Of a stretch of DNA of 64,000 nt, positions 20,084 to 30,170 are shown piece after piece (the first letter of the stretch is position 1; each line of letters begins with the position of its first letter). The translations under genes and the position numbers were made by a program. The stretch comes from an uncultured Alphaproteobacteria bacterium (lineage in GTDB: Bacteria; Pseudomonadota; Alphaproteobacteria; Micropepsales; Micropepsaceae). Where the stretch lies: NCBI GenBank assembly GCA_963805005.1, contig CAWDSJ010000001.1, positions 357,734-421,733 of the forward strand. The letters run 5' to 3'. The notes beneath the pieces were generated by a model. It worked only from the letters and a program-made list of their open reading frames with translations, had not been told where the DNA came from and ran no database searches.

Positions 20084-21916
20084 TCAACCAACCAGTGGAT
20101 CAAACGCCATCACGGTGTCGGCGCCGGCCTGGATGCGTTCCAGCAGCATGGGGCATTCGGGAATCATGCGCTCCATCCAATATCGCGCCGAGACCAGCTT
20201 GGATTCGTAAAACGCCTTGTTCGCCGGAGCCGCCGCCAGCTTGGAGAATGACAGCTTGGCCATCCGCGCCCACATCCAGCCGACAGTGACGATGCCCATG
20301 AGGCGCAGGTAATCGACGGCGCCGGCGCCGGCATTGTTCGGGTTGGCGACTCCGTTCTGCGCCAGCCACATCGTCGCCTGCTGCAAATTATCGAGACCGC
20401 GTTTCACCGGCTTCACGAACGGCGCGAGCTTCTCGTCGGCATCGTTTTCGCCGAGCCAGCCAGACACGAGCGAGAAGTATGCCAAGGGTGCTGCGCCGCC
20501 TTTCCGGCCAAGCTTGCGGCCCACGAGGTCCATCGCCTGCACGCCGTTGGCGCCTTCGTAGGTTTGGCTGATGCGCGCATCGCGCACGAATTGCTCCATG
20601 CCGTTGTCGCGGATGTAGCCATGGCCGCCCCAGCACTGCATGGCCATGTTGGCGGCTTCGAATCCCATATCGGTGAAGAAGGCCTTGATGACGGGAGTCA
20701 TCAGGTCGGAAAGCTGACCCGCCGTCTCGCGCTCGGGACGGTTAGATTCGGCGATCGACATGTTGAGCGTGGTCCACAGCACCACGGCGCGCGCGCCTTC
20801 AATGAAGGACCGGCAATGCAGCAGCATCCGTCTGATGTCGGGATGCACGATGAGAAGATCAGCCGGCTTGTCGGGCTCCTTGGGGCCGGTCAGCGCATGA
20901 CCGACACGGCGTTCGAGCGAGTAGGCGAGAGCGTTTTGATAGGCTACCTCCGCAAGGCTGATGCCCTGCACGCCGACGCCCAGCCGCGCCGCGTTCATCA
21001 TGCCGAACATGCCGCGCATGCCGGCCGAAGCCGAGCGGGGCTCGCCCGGCTTGGGCGCTTCCGGCTTGGGGCCGAGCCGCCAGGCGATCGCATCGTCGAA
21101 ATTGAGCACGGCGGTTGCGTTGGCCTTGATGCCCATTTTCTTTTCGATGCCGCCGCAGGAGACGCCGTTGCGCGGTCCCGGCGTGCCGTCGTCTTTCACG
21201 ATGTATTTGGGCACCATGAAGAAGTTCACGGTGGACAGATCGTCATAGATGTGCCCGTGCTCGTCGGGGATCTTGGCGATGACCATGTGGATGATGTTGT
21301 CGGCCAGATCGTGCTCGCCGCCGGAGATGAAGATCTTGGTGCCGTTCATGCGATAGGTGCCGTCGGCCTGTTCGACGGCGCGGGTCTTCATCAGGCGCAA
21401 ATCCGTGCCGCAATGCGGCTCGGTCAGGCACATCGTGCCGGTCCATTCCCCCGTCACCATCTTGGGAACGACGTGCTCCTTCATCCAGGCCGCGCCGGTT
21501 TCCATAAGCGCCCTGTACGCGGCCACGGTAAGCCCCGGATACATCGAGAAGGCCTGATTGGCCGATTGCGCCATCTCGCCCACGATCACCGTGGCGAATT
21601 GGGGCAGATCGGCGCCGCCGAATTTTGCGGGCGCACCGAGCCCGGCCCAGCCGCCCTCGACATAGGCGTCATAAGCCTCCTTGAATCCCTTGGGCGTGCG
21701 CACGACGCCATTCTCGAAGTGGCATCCTTCCTCGTCGCCGGACTGGTTGAGTGGCTGCAGCACTTCCTCGCAGAGCTTCGCCGCACTTGCCAGCACGTCG
21801 TCCATCAGCTCGGCGGATACGTCGGCGAATTGCGGCAGGTCGTTCTGCTTGTCGAGCTCGAACAGTTCCCGGATCAGGAATTTGTATTCGTCGAGCGGCG
21901 CACGATAGGCGGGCAT
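20084..21916 (-). CDS. Acyl-CoA dehydrogenase (long, DmdC-like subfamily)
   Basis: WTGTMCLTEPHCGTDL, GTKIFISGGEHDL, EKKMGIKANAT, WGGHGYI, YEGANGVQAMDL. Confidence 0.92.
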   Translation of the reverse strand: MPAYRAPLDEYKFLIRELFELDKQNDLPQFADVSAELMDDVLASAAKLCEEVLQPLNQSGDEEGCHFENGVVRTPKGFKEAYDAYVEGGWAGLGAPAKFGGADLPQFATVIVGEMAQSANQAFSMYPGLTVAAYRALMETGAAWMKEHVVPKMVTGEWTGTMCLTEPHCGTDLRLMKTRAVEQADGTYRMNGTKIFISGGEHDLADNIIHMVIAKIPDEHGHIYDDLSTVNFFMVPKYIVKDDGTPGPRNGVSCGGIEKKMGIKANATAVLNFDDAIAWRLGPKPEAPKPGEPRSASAGMRGMFGMMNAARLGVGVQGISLAEVAYQNALAYSLERRVGHALTGPKEPDKPADLLIVHPDIRRMLLHCRSFIEGARAVVLWTTLNMSIAESNRPERETAGQLSDLMTPVIKAFFTDMGFEAANMAMQCWGGHGYIRDNGMEQFVRDARISQTYEGANGVQAMDLVGRKLGRKGGAAPLAYFSLVSGWLGENDADEKLAPFVKPVKRGLDNLQQATMWLAQNGVANPNNAGAGAVDYLRLMGIVTVGWMWARMAKLSFSKLAAAPANKAFYESKLVSARYWMERMIPECPMLLERIQAGADTVMAFDPLVG

Positions 21917-22030
21917 GGCGGGCCTTCCTCGCTGAACGCGAGCGATTCTATAGGCACAAAGCCCTTACCGTGTCGATAACCGGCGGATATGCGGTCTAGA
22001 GCCGCGGATATTCAGATAGAATCACAATCG

Positions 22031-22157
22031 TGTCATGGCCCGCAAAGGCGGGCCACCCAGTTGGAACGAGCAAAAATGTGGAAGATTCGGCTGCGATGTT
22101 CCTTCTGCTCGGCCTGAAGAGTGTGACCTGGGTGGCCCGCCTTTGCGGGCCATGACA
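22031..22157. repeat. REPIN-like doublet (TGTCATGGCCCGC family)
   Basis: Perfect 30-bp inverted repeat 22031-22060 / 22128-22157; each arm is itself a hairpin. Confidence 0.85.
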
Positions 22158-22195
22158 ATGAGGGGGTGAACGATTTCACATGAACGACCTCCGCG

Positions 22196-22867
22196 CTAAT
22201 AGACACCCGGAATGAGCCGCGACGTTCGCGCCGCATAATCCGAGTACTCCGGGAATGTGCGCGTCAGCACGCGTTCTTCGAAGGAGATTCGCCACAGCTG
22301 CAGGGCGATGCTGACGGCTTCGATCAAAAGCGACCACGGCTGAACGTATTGCACCGCCACGCCGATGTTGCCGATCTCCTCCGCCACATAAAGAGGATGA
22401 CGCACGATGCGGTACGGCCCGTCCGTCACGAGCTTGCGCGCTTCGGGAAGAATGCTGAAGGCGCGTCCCAGCCGGACGAGCACGACGAGCGAAAGCACGG
22501 TTCCGATGACAGTCAGCGCCGCCGCCAGAGCGTCGACCGCCGCGGGCAATTTCGCCAACGGCAGAAGCCCGCGCCCGATGGTCATATAGGCGCCGGCAAG
22601 CGCGACCGCACGCGGCAGAATCCCTTGCGACTTCGCCACCGGCATGCAGCGGACAAACACCAGCAGGACGATCAGCGAAAAATACAGGATGTTGGCTGCG
22701 CCGCGTGCCACGTGCACACAGGCAATGGGCGAGGGCAGGCGCCGGAAATCCGCCGCCATGTCGGGAACGAGACGGACGAGAATTCCCGTTGCGTAAAGAC
22801 CGATCAGCGGCGCGGCGGCCATGACGTCGTAGAGCTTCGTGGCCGGGAAGGGCGGCTTGCGGGTCAT
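22196..22867 (-). CDS. Isoprenylcysteine carboxylmethyltransferase (ICMT/PEMT) family membrane protein
   Basis: LGRAFSILPEARKLVTDGPYRIVRHPLY, FEERVL, EYSDY. Confidence 0.82.
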   Translation of the reverse strand: MTRKPPFPATKLYDVMAAAPLIGLYATGILVRLVPDMAADFRRLPSPIACVHVARGAANILYFSLIVLLVFVRCMPVAKSQGILPRAVALAGAYMTIGRGLLPLAKLPAAVDALAAALTVIGTVLSLVVLVRLGRAFSILPEARKLVTDGPYRIVRHPLYVAEEIGNIGVAVQYVQPWSLLIEAVSIALQLWRISFEERVLTRTFPEYSDYAARTSRLIPGVY

Positions 22868-23002
22868 CGCCGCGAGCTTGACAATTTACCGCAAGGCGTC
22901 AAGCGTTGCCCCATCCGAAAGCCTCATCCGCTGGATTGACGGAGGAACGCAGAATCCTTCGCAGGAAGTTTTCGGAAGGGCCAGACCTCGCGCTCCGACC
23001 TT

Positions 23003-23890
23003 TCACGCCTCCCAGTTCAGCCATGTGCGGGCGGTCTTGCCCATCACCCACTCGCGTTCGCCGGCACTGACTTGGGGATTTTCACGGATGGCGAAGATCA
23101 GCTCCGCCCAGCTTTCGCCGGTCTGGTTGGCGGAGATATCGCTGGCCCACATGACCCGCTCGGCGCCGAAGGCATCCAGCGCCTTGCGCAGGAACGGCCG
23201 TGCAGCGAGGTTCGGATAGCCTGCCGCATCGAACATCACCGGCGCATGCGCCCATTTCAGAGCGACCTGCGGCCATTTCGCGGCCTGCAGCACTTTGTCG
23301 AACACCCGATCCAGAGGCTCTTCGCCCACCTTGCGCCAATAGTCCATGCTGTCGGGCAGGCCCTCCATCTTCGCGAAGATCGGCCAGAGCTTGGCGCCGG
23401 GCGGCATGCCGCAATGGCATATGACGATGCGGCTGTCGGGGTACTTCTTGACGATGCGTTCGAGCAGGTGCGTATGGCCAGAAATCTGCACGAAGATCGG
23501 CAGGCCGTACTCCGACGCCAGCGCAAAGACGTCATCGTAAACGCCCTTTGCGAAATCGGCGACTTCCGCACGCGACATGCCCGGCAAAATCCGCAGCGCG
23601 CGAGCATAGGCGGCATCCCGGACGAACCGGATGACACTCTTCAGGTCCGGATCGCGCGGATCGACGCGCACCAGATAAGAGAAGCGTCCCGGGAAGGTCC
23701 AGGCAGCGAGCTCGGCCGTCGGCGAAGTCGGTCGGAAAGCCTTGTCGCCTACCCGGTAGCCCGGATCGCCGGGCGTTCCCATCCACCATTCGTCGTTCAG
23801 GACGGACTTGATTCCGAGCGCGTCCATCGCGGCGACCATTTCCGCCGCCCCGCCGGGACCGATGTGCACCTGGCTGTCTACGATGTCCAT
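23003..23890 (-). CDS. Amidohydrolase_2 family protein
   Basis: IVDSQVHI, IVICHCG, ALDAFGAERVMWASD. Confidence 0.85.
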   Translation of the reverse strand: MDIVDSQVHIGPGGAAEMVAAMDALGIKSVLNDEWWMGTPGDPGYRVGDKAFRPTSPTAELAAWTFPGRFSYLVRVDPRDPDLKSVIRFVRDAAYARALRILPGMSRAEVADFAKGVYDDVFALASEYGLPIFVQISGHTHLLERIVKKYPDSRIVICHCGMPPGAKLWPIFAKMEGLPDSMDYWRKVGEEPLDRVFDKVLQAAKWPQVALKWAHAPVMFDAAGYPNLAARPFLRKALDAFGAERVMWASDISANQTGESWAELIFAIRENPQVSAGEREWVMGKTARTWLNWEA

Positions 23891-23925
23891 TCGTTCCTCT
23901 CCTGTCTTGTTTTATTGCGGTCGGT

Positions 23926-24513
23926 TTAGCGGGCGGCCAGTCCGGGATTGCCCGGTATCGGGCGAATTCGCATCGCGTTGTAGAGGTACGCCACCTCGTG
24001 ATAGGCGCCGATAATCGTCAGGATCTCGATGATCTGCTTGTCGGTAAAGTTGGCTGCAATCGCCGCCCAGGTGTCGTCGCCGACGAACGAGGTGTCGTGC
24101 AGTTCCTCGCAAATCCGGTTCAGCGCACGGTCGCGCGCGTTCCAGCCCGGCGCCGAAGACCCTTGCACGATCCATTCGATTTCCTGTGCGGTCAGTCCCG
24201 CCTTCTTGCCGAATTTGACGTGCTCGCCCCAGCTATAGCCGGACTTGCACAACCAAGCCGTGCGCAGGATGACGATCTCCAGGTCGCGCGGAGCGAGCAC
24301 CAGCGCCTTGGTGCGGGCAACGACGTATTCGACCTGGGCTCTGTACAGGTCGGGGTGGCGGAGCATCGTCGCGATGGCGTCCGGCATCGCTTCGCCGAGA
24401 CCGAAATTGGCCCGCAGCTTTGCCGCCAGCGCACGCCCCTCCTCGCTAAGTTCCTCCGGCGCCAGCGGAAGGATGCGAGGCTCGGAAGCCGCTGCGGCGA
24501 TGTCATCGGCCAT
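23926..24513 (-). CDS. Carboxymuconolactone decarboxylase / AhpD-like protein
   Basis: EIVILRTAWLCKSGYSWGEHV, ICEELHDTSFVGDDTW, QIIEILTIIGAY. Confidence 0.8.
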   Translation of the reverse strand: MADDIAAAASEPRILPLAPEELSEEGRALAAKLRANFGLGEAMPDAIATMLRHPDLYRAQVEYVVARTKALVLAPRDLEIVILRTAWLCKSGYSWGEHVKFGKKAGLTAQEIEWIVQGSSAPGWNARDRALNRICEELHDTSFVGDDTWAAIAANFTDKQIIEILTIIGAYHEVAYLYNAMRIRPIPGNPGLAAR

Positions 24514-24548
24514 GTTCGATCTCCATTGAATTGCCGTCCGTCGTTTGG

Positions 24549-24640
24549 CTCGCCGAAGCTTCAGCGAAGGCGGGCTGCAAATCCTCTGCGACCGCCGCGC
24601 TAAATCTTTTCACGTGTCTCCAACCCGTGATTCCCGGTAC
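24549..24640. repeat. Half copy of the 70-bp double-hairpin element abutting a CTGCGACC-family repeat
   Basis: CGCCGAAGCTTCAGCGAAGGCGGG matches the 3' hairpin of 13025-13096 and 52586-52654. 24575-24640 resembles 39759-39825. Confidence 0.6.
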
Positions 24641-24679
24641 TACGGCAATCACCATGCAAAACGCCTTTGCGAAATCGTT

Positions 24680-25337
24680 TCACGATCTCGCATCGCCCTC
24701 GAGCCAGCGGTCCAGCACGGTATGAAAGTGGGCGACGCGGGGCTCCTGTTTGGTCAGGACCATATATTTCAGCGTGCTGTTTCGCAGGCCGAGCTACTGG
24801 CGCTCCATTTGATCGTAATCCGGCTCGCGAGCCAGGAAGTACGGGAAATGGTCGCCCTCCGCGATCTCGGCGAGTTCGGTGCGCCGCTCCGCCCGCTGGG
24901 CGGCAGCCCCCTGATCTTTTCGACATCGTGCACCGGAGTGGAACCGGTCTTGCCCGGCTCTCCGAAGGGGACAGTGCATGCAGCGTGATAGCCGACATTG
25001 CTGAAGCGTTCCTTGGTCATGTCCACGAAGGAGACAAGCTCGGGATGGACGCTGTGAAGATGATAGCATTCCTGGAAGGCGTCCATGACGACCTTCCAGT
25101 TGCAGTCGATCGACTCCCGGACATTCAGGCCCACGGGAACCATTTCCTCGATGTGGTAAGCCGCCAGAAGATCGGCCGCCTCTCCCAGGAAATCGGCAAG
25201 CGGCGCCGCTTTCGGATCCGGATTGAGGAAGATGAAACGGGCGAATAGCGCTCGGTGGGGATCCGCATCCGGTATCGACTGAAGTCGATTTCCGGAATCA
25301 GCGGGCCCTTGTCGACAAGCTCGCCGGGTCTCGCCAT
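24680..25337 (-). pseudogene. Rieske aromatic ring-hydroxylating oxygenase alpha subunit, doubly deleted
   Basis: RIPTERY joined out of frame to FIFLNPDP. Catalytic NWKVVMDAFQECYHLHSVHPEL is intact. Second frame shift after RGLPP; in-frame TAG in QMERQ*LGLRN; no Rieske CxH/CxxH motifs. Confidence 0.8.
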
Positions 25338-25413
25338 CGGATCAATCCTCCTCCAAAGGTGCCAAGCCCGAATGGTGGCAGGTCGGCAGCGATCGGAGCC
25401 GGCATATCGGCCA

Positions 25414-25620
25414 CCCATCGCCGTGGCACCCTATAGGATGACGAATAAACTCTCAATAATAAAACGTACGTTACAAGAAGTCGCGCCGTACCATAAAACA
25501 TATGTTTTAGTTCACAGATTAGCGAGAACGGATTGATTTGAAATCCGGCGAATTATAGGAATTTATTACAAAGCTTCATAATTAGAATGCTTCGGCAATT
25601 CACGCACGCTATGCGAGGCG
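25414..25620. repeat. AT-rich 207-bp element, copy 1 (putative regulatory region)
   Basis: Collinear with 32731-32937; contains the perfect palindrome TAAAACATATGTTTTA at 25494-25509. Confidence 0.75.
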
Positions 25621-25868
25621 ACTGGCGAGCCCCTCCTTCCGTCAACCTGACGCTCAGAACGGGGCGCCACGGTCCGGCGCGCAGTCAATCCGCAATTGCG
25701 ATGTCTGGCGCCGCGTGCGCGCCGGATCGCGCGTCGTTGCCTTGGCCGCTCGCCGCCGTCGTTGAGGAACGCACCGATAAATCGGCCGAGGATGAATTGG
25801 CCGAGAATGTCGGATAAGACAAGTCGGCAGGAACGTGCCTCGAGCTATTCCAGGAGAGGGAGTGCGGT

Positions 25869-27566
25869 ATGATTCGGAATCTTCCGGGGAAATGGGATAT
25901 TGAGGCCGACGTCGTCGCGATCGGCTCCGGTATCGGCGGCTTATCGGCAGCGATCGCCGCCCATGATCACGGGGCAAGCACGCTCGTATTGGAGCGCACC
26001 GATCAGGTCGGCGGCGTCACCGCCCTGTCGCTGGGTGAGATTTGGATTGCAGGCAATCATCTCGCCGCTGCTTTGGGGATAGAGGATTCGCCCGAGAGCG
26101 GCTATCGCTACCTCAAGCGTCTCTCCATGGATTACGGGGAGGACGTCGCCATCCTCAATACGGTGGTCCACGCGCCGCTTGCTCTTCGGTACTTCGAGGA
26201 GAAAATCGGGCTGAAGATGCGCGTCATCCGCAACTGCCCCGATTATTATTACGGGTTCACCAACGACAGCATGGCGGAAGGCCGGTTGCTCGAGGTTCTG
26301 CCGTTTCCGGCAGCCTCGCTGGGCGCGTGGCAATCCAAGACGCGGGTCTCGCCACAAGTGCCCTATGGCATGACGCACGAGGATATGTTCGGCAACGGCG
26401 GCGCGGCGAACATGGCCAACTGGGACTATGGGCTCATGGCCGAGCGCCTGACCAAGGACGAGCGCTGTCTTGGCGCCGGTCTAGCGGGCTATTTCGTCAA
26501 GGGCGCGCTCGATCGCGGCATTCCCATGCATACCGGCGCCAATGTCGAAGAACTGATCGGCGACGGCGAACGCATTGTCGGCGTGCGCGCGACGAGGGAC
26601 GGCAAGGATTTCTTCGTGAAAGCCGGTCGCGGCGTCGTCATCGCGGTCAGCAGTTACGAGCGGAATGACAATTACAACAAGACTGTCGGTCAACAGCTCG
26701 TGCAAGGATCGATGGTGTTCTCCTCGATAGACGGCGCCAATTTCCGGTTGGCCGGCCCGGTTGGCGCGCGCATCGCGCGGGTGCCCGATATTACCTCGCT
26801 GGGCTATCAAATTCCGGGCGAGGAAACGCAAACGGGCGAGCCGTTGTGGCGCAGCGCGATGCAGCCCATCGGCTTTCCCCACACGATCGTCGTCAATCGC
26901 ATGGGCAAGCGCTTTGGCAACGAGGCCTTCTACCGCTCGATCCTTTACGCAGTGGACATCATCGACGGCGGAACCCAGACGCACCCGAATTTTCCCTGCT
27001 GGGCGATCTTCGACAGCCAGGCGCGGGAGAAATATCCGTTTGGCTCGGTCATGCCGGGGCAGGATTTGCCCGAAGGCCTTGGCGTGAAAGCCGGCTCTGT
27101 CGCGGATCTCGCAACCAAAATCGGTGTGGATGCGCAACGCCTCGCGGCCGCCATCGCTGCTTTCAACGTGCATTCCGAGAACGGCGAGGATCCCGAATTT
27201 CATCGGGGTGCGCATCCCTGGAGCGTTTGGATGTGCGGCGATCCGTTCCACAAACCGCATCCCAATCTCGGTCCATTGACGAAGGCGCCATTCTATGCGG
27301 TCGAATTGCGCCGGATTGGCGGCAGCGCCATCCCGTCCGCGGGGTTGCTTGCCGATCCTCATTGCCGAGCGATCGGCTGGAACGACAAGCCGATCGAGGG
27401 TCTTTACGTCGCAGGGAACTCCATGGCTCGAATGGAGACCGGGGCGACCATGCAGAGTGGTGTTTCGAATGCGCGCGGCATGACCCACGGCTATTTGGCC
27501 GGCCGTCACGCCGCGGGCAAACCCAGCGGTCTGTTGCAAGCCGAAATCGAACGCTTGGGTTTGTAA
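25869..27566 (+). CDS. FAD-binding_2 oxidoreductase (3-ketosteroid dehydrogenase-like)
   Basis: DVVAIGSGIGG, LERTDQVGGVT, VVNRMGKRFGNE, GEDPEFHRG, IEGLYVAGN. Confidence 0.85.
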   Translation: MIRNLPGKWDIEADVVAIGSGIGGLSAAIAAHDHGASTLVLERTDQVGGVTALSLGEIWIAGNHLAAALGIEDSPESGYRYLKRLSMDYGEDVAILNTVVHAPLALRYFEEKIGLKMRVIRNCPDYYYGFTNDSMAEGRLLEVLPFPAASLGAWQSKTRVSPQVPYGMTHEDMFGNGGAANMANWDYGLMAERLTKDERCLGAGLAGYFVKGALDRGIPMHTGANVEELIGDGERIVGVRATRDGKDFFVKAGRGVVIAVSSYERNDNYNKTVGQQLVQGSMVFSSIDGANFRLAGPVGARIARVPDITSLGYQIPGEETQTGEPLWRSAMQPIGFPHTIVVNRMGKRFGNEAFYRSILYAVDIIDGGTQTHPNFPCWAIFDSQAREKYPFGSVMPGQDLPEGLGVKAGSVADLATKIGVDAQRLAAAIAAFNVHSENGEDPEFHRGAHPWSVWMCGDPFHKPHPNLGPLTKAPFYAVELRRIGGSAIPSAGLLADPHCRAIGWNDKPIEGLYVAGNSMARMETGATMQSGVSNARGMTHGYLAGRHAAGKPSGLLQAEIERLGL

Positions 27567-27575
27567 GGCTATCGC

Positions 27576-28142
27576 GTGCTCGAAACAGAACAAACGATTT
27601 CGATCGATGCCGCCATCGGCTGCGTCTGGGATTATGTCAGCGATATCCGAAAATTGGCCAACCTCATGCCCGGGTTGCGCGAATGCACGGTCGTCGATGC
27701 CGATGATTCCCGCTGGACGCTCAAGGTCGGTGTCGGCGGCCTCGTACGCACGGTCAACGTCCTGGTGCATGTCGATCGGTGGAATGGGCCGGAGCGGGTG
27801 AATTTTTCCTACGCATTGCAAGGCGACCCTGTCACGGGCGGCGGTTCCTATACCGCCTCGCGGAAATCGGCCCATGAAACCGAAGTCACCTTGCACGTGC
27901 GCGTAGAAGGCGGCGGACCCATGGCCCCAATGTGGGAAGGCATGGGCAAGCCGCTCATGCCGCAATTCGTGAAGTCCTTTGCCGGGCAACTCAAGGCCGA
28001 GATCGAAAAGGCCGTTGGTGCGCCCCCATCGACAGACGGAGCACCGCCGGTCGCGGCCGTAACCGATGTGCCTTCATTGTTTGCGGCCATCGGCAAAAGG
28101 CTGCGGAGTTTCTGGCGGGCGATCCTCGGACGAAGGCGTTAG
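27576..28142 (+). CDS. SRPBCC / CoxG family protein
   Basis: VWDYVSDIRKLANLMPGLREC followed by a START-like beta pattern. Confidence 0.8.
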   Translation: MLETEQTISIDAAIGCVWDYVSDIRKLANLMPGLRECTVVDADDSRWTLKVGVGGLVRTVNVLVHVDRWNGPERVNFSYALQGDPVTGGGSYTASRKSAHETEVTLHVRVEGGGPMAPMWEGMGKPLMPQFVKSFAGQLKAEIEKAVGAPPSTDGAPPVAAVTDVPSLFAAIGKRLRSFWRAILGRRR

Positions 28143-29138
28143 CTATCCGGGGGAGCGTGCGATCGCGTTTCTATAGTCGATCAGTTCCTGCAGCCTGGAG
28201 AACATGCGGCGCACTGCTTCGGAATTGCGGCGTCCTATATGAGCTACCCGAAACCGCGATCCCAGGTCGGCCGGCAAGGCCAATCCATCTTCCTGTTCGC
28301 CGACCAGGCCCAGCGCAATCAAACGGGCGATCCGCCGGCGCGCCGTTTCGGCGGGCATGCGCAGCGACCCTACGATTTCCTTGCGCGATACGCCCCGGCC
28401 CAATCGGTTGGGCACGCCATGCAATTCCGATACGCATTGCCCCGAACCCCGCGGCCGACCCGCGTTGTGGTGAGCAATAAAGAGAAATATCAGGCGATCT
28501 ACTATATCGAGTTCCACAGTTTCGTCGGCATTGAACAGAGCGCTCAAAAAGAGAGCGATGGGATTGTTGGACAGGACGGCCAAGGCGACTAGCCACTCGT
28601 CGCGCGCCCTGTCCAACCTCACTCCGTCCGAAGTCGCTATAAAGCCGGCCCCAGGTAATTCGATTTTCTCTGCGGCAAGCCGATTATGCAGGCGGGCGAG
28701 CAGATCGCCATTAAGCCTCCGCATTTTTTCAAAGTTGCCGCCAAGCGCGAGTTCAACGTCCCCCATGACCACCCCTGACGGACGCTCCCCAAAAATATTC
28801 CGCTCCACCAGCATTTCGACGCGTCGGCGTGTGGTTTCCAACGGCAGGTTTAGAAAACGCGAAATCGTGCTCCGGCTGACCGGCTGCTGTTCCGCGGCGT
28901 ATCCGGCGGGGCTCTCGAAAGCCACGCGGTACAGCAACGCCATATCCGAACTCAGGCGACGGCGGCCCGCGCTCGATACCGCGAGAACGATAAAAAAGTC
29001 GAGCAAATCAATGTCAGGGAATATTTCGGTTGCCGCGGATATGAAATCCAGCACGAGCGTCGCGAAGTGGTGCCGGATTAACAGGTCTTCGTTCGGATAT
29101 TCTGGAAATGCCCCGTCTTCTATCTGCCTTGCACGCAT
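28143..29138 (-). CDS. Hypothetical protein with two tandem winged-helix-like repeats
   Basis: PVSRSTISRFLNLPLETTRRRVEML and GVSRKEIVGSLRMPAETARRRIARL. Confidence 0.6.
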   Translation of the reverse strand: MRARQIEDGAFPEYPNEDLLIRHHFATLVLDFISAATEIFPDIDLLDFFIVLAVSSAGRRRLSSDMALLYRVAFESPAGYAAEQQPVSRSTISRFLNLPLETTRRRVEMLVERNIFGERPSGVVMGDVELALGGNFEKMRRLNGDLLARLHNRLAAEKIELPGAGFIATSDGVRLDRARDEWLVALAVLSNNPIALFLSALFNADETVELDIVDRLIFLFIAHHNAGRPRGSGQCVSELHGVPNRLGRGVSRKEIVGSLRMPAETARRRIARLIALGLVGEQEDGLALPADLGSRFRVAHIGRRNSEAVRRMFSRLQELIDYRNAIARSPG

Positions 29139-29384
29139 GGTTGCCGATCAACTCAAACGCGTTACGCTTTCCGTGAACACAGCCCATCGAACCGTATCGA
29201 AATCTTCTAACAAAACACCGCAAGCATAGTCACTAGGATGATACCCTCCCGCCCCAAAATGGGTAACAAGAAGAGCTGTCCGTGACGAAACACGGCTCCG
29301 GGAAGTCCCGCGATTAATCTTGGGTTCGCAAGTTGCAATCTAGACTGATCGCCTGGACGCAGTAAAGCACCAACCCGGTGGCAT

Positions 29385-30170
29385 ATGTCGCAAGATTTGC
29401 GCGCAATTCGCAAACTCACTCACAGCGAAGACTGCGCGCAGCAGGTTGGGCGGTCCGTGGTTCCGGGCGCGTCGGCGCTCTCGGTCCTGAATCACGAAGT
29501 GCGAACGCCTCTCAATGCCATCCTTGGATTTTCCGAGATCATGGCCCGCGAGCTTCTTGGCCCGCACACCCGGGCGGATTATCGCCAATATGCAAGACAC
29601 ATCAACGAAAGCGGGCGGCGTCTGCTTGAAATTACCGACGCGCTTTTCGCGCTGGCCAGCATCGAAACGGGTTTGCATAAGCTGACATGCGGGGCTGTCG
29701 ATCTCGCCGGCGTTGTCGACGAGGCATGCCAAAGCTTGCAGGACGACGCATCGCGGGCCGGAGTCGGCCTCCAATGGCCGGCGGCGGCGCCGCAAGTCCT
29801 TGCCGCGGCGGATCGCGACGCGGCCAAGGAAGTCCTGACGCATGTGATCGGCAACGCCATCAAGTTTTCGCGCGCCAAGGGTTCGGTCACGGTTCAAACG
29901 AACCGGCAGGACGGGATGGCGCTGGTCGAAGTGATCGACGACGGCATCGGAATGACAGCCGACTTCGTCGAAAAAGCAACCCAGCCCTTCGCGCAGGAAG
30001 CGCCGCATATGATACGGGACAATGGCGGTGTCGGATTGGGGCTGACAATCGCCAAGTCTTTGATCGAGCGTATGAACGGTTCGCTTTCGATATTTTCGCG
30101 AAGCGGCGCCGGCACGCGTGTGACTTTGACCTTCAAGGCAGATGGCTGCCCCCAAATCGGCTGTACCTAG
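29385..30170 (+). CDS. Sensor-less histidine kinase (PleC/DivJ-like HisKA plus HATPase_c)
   Basis: NHEVRTPLNAILGFSE H-box, VIGNAIKFS, DDGIGM, GVGLGLTIAK. Confidence 0.82.
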   Translation: MSQDLRAIRKLTHSEDCAQQVGRSVVPGASALSVLNHEVRTPLNAILGFSEIMARELLGPHTRADYRQYARHINESGRRLLEITDALFALASIETGLHKLTCGAVDLAGVVDEACQSLQDDASRAGVGLQWPAAAPQVLAAADRDAAKEVLTHVIGNAIKFSRAKGSVTVQTNRQDGMALVEVIDDGIGMTADFVEKATQPFAQEAPHMIRDNGGVGLGLTIAKSLIERMNGSLSIFSRSGAGTRVTLTFKADGCPQIGCT

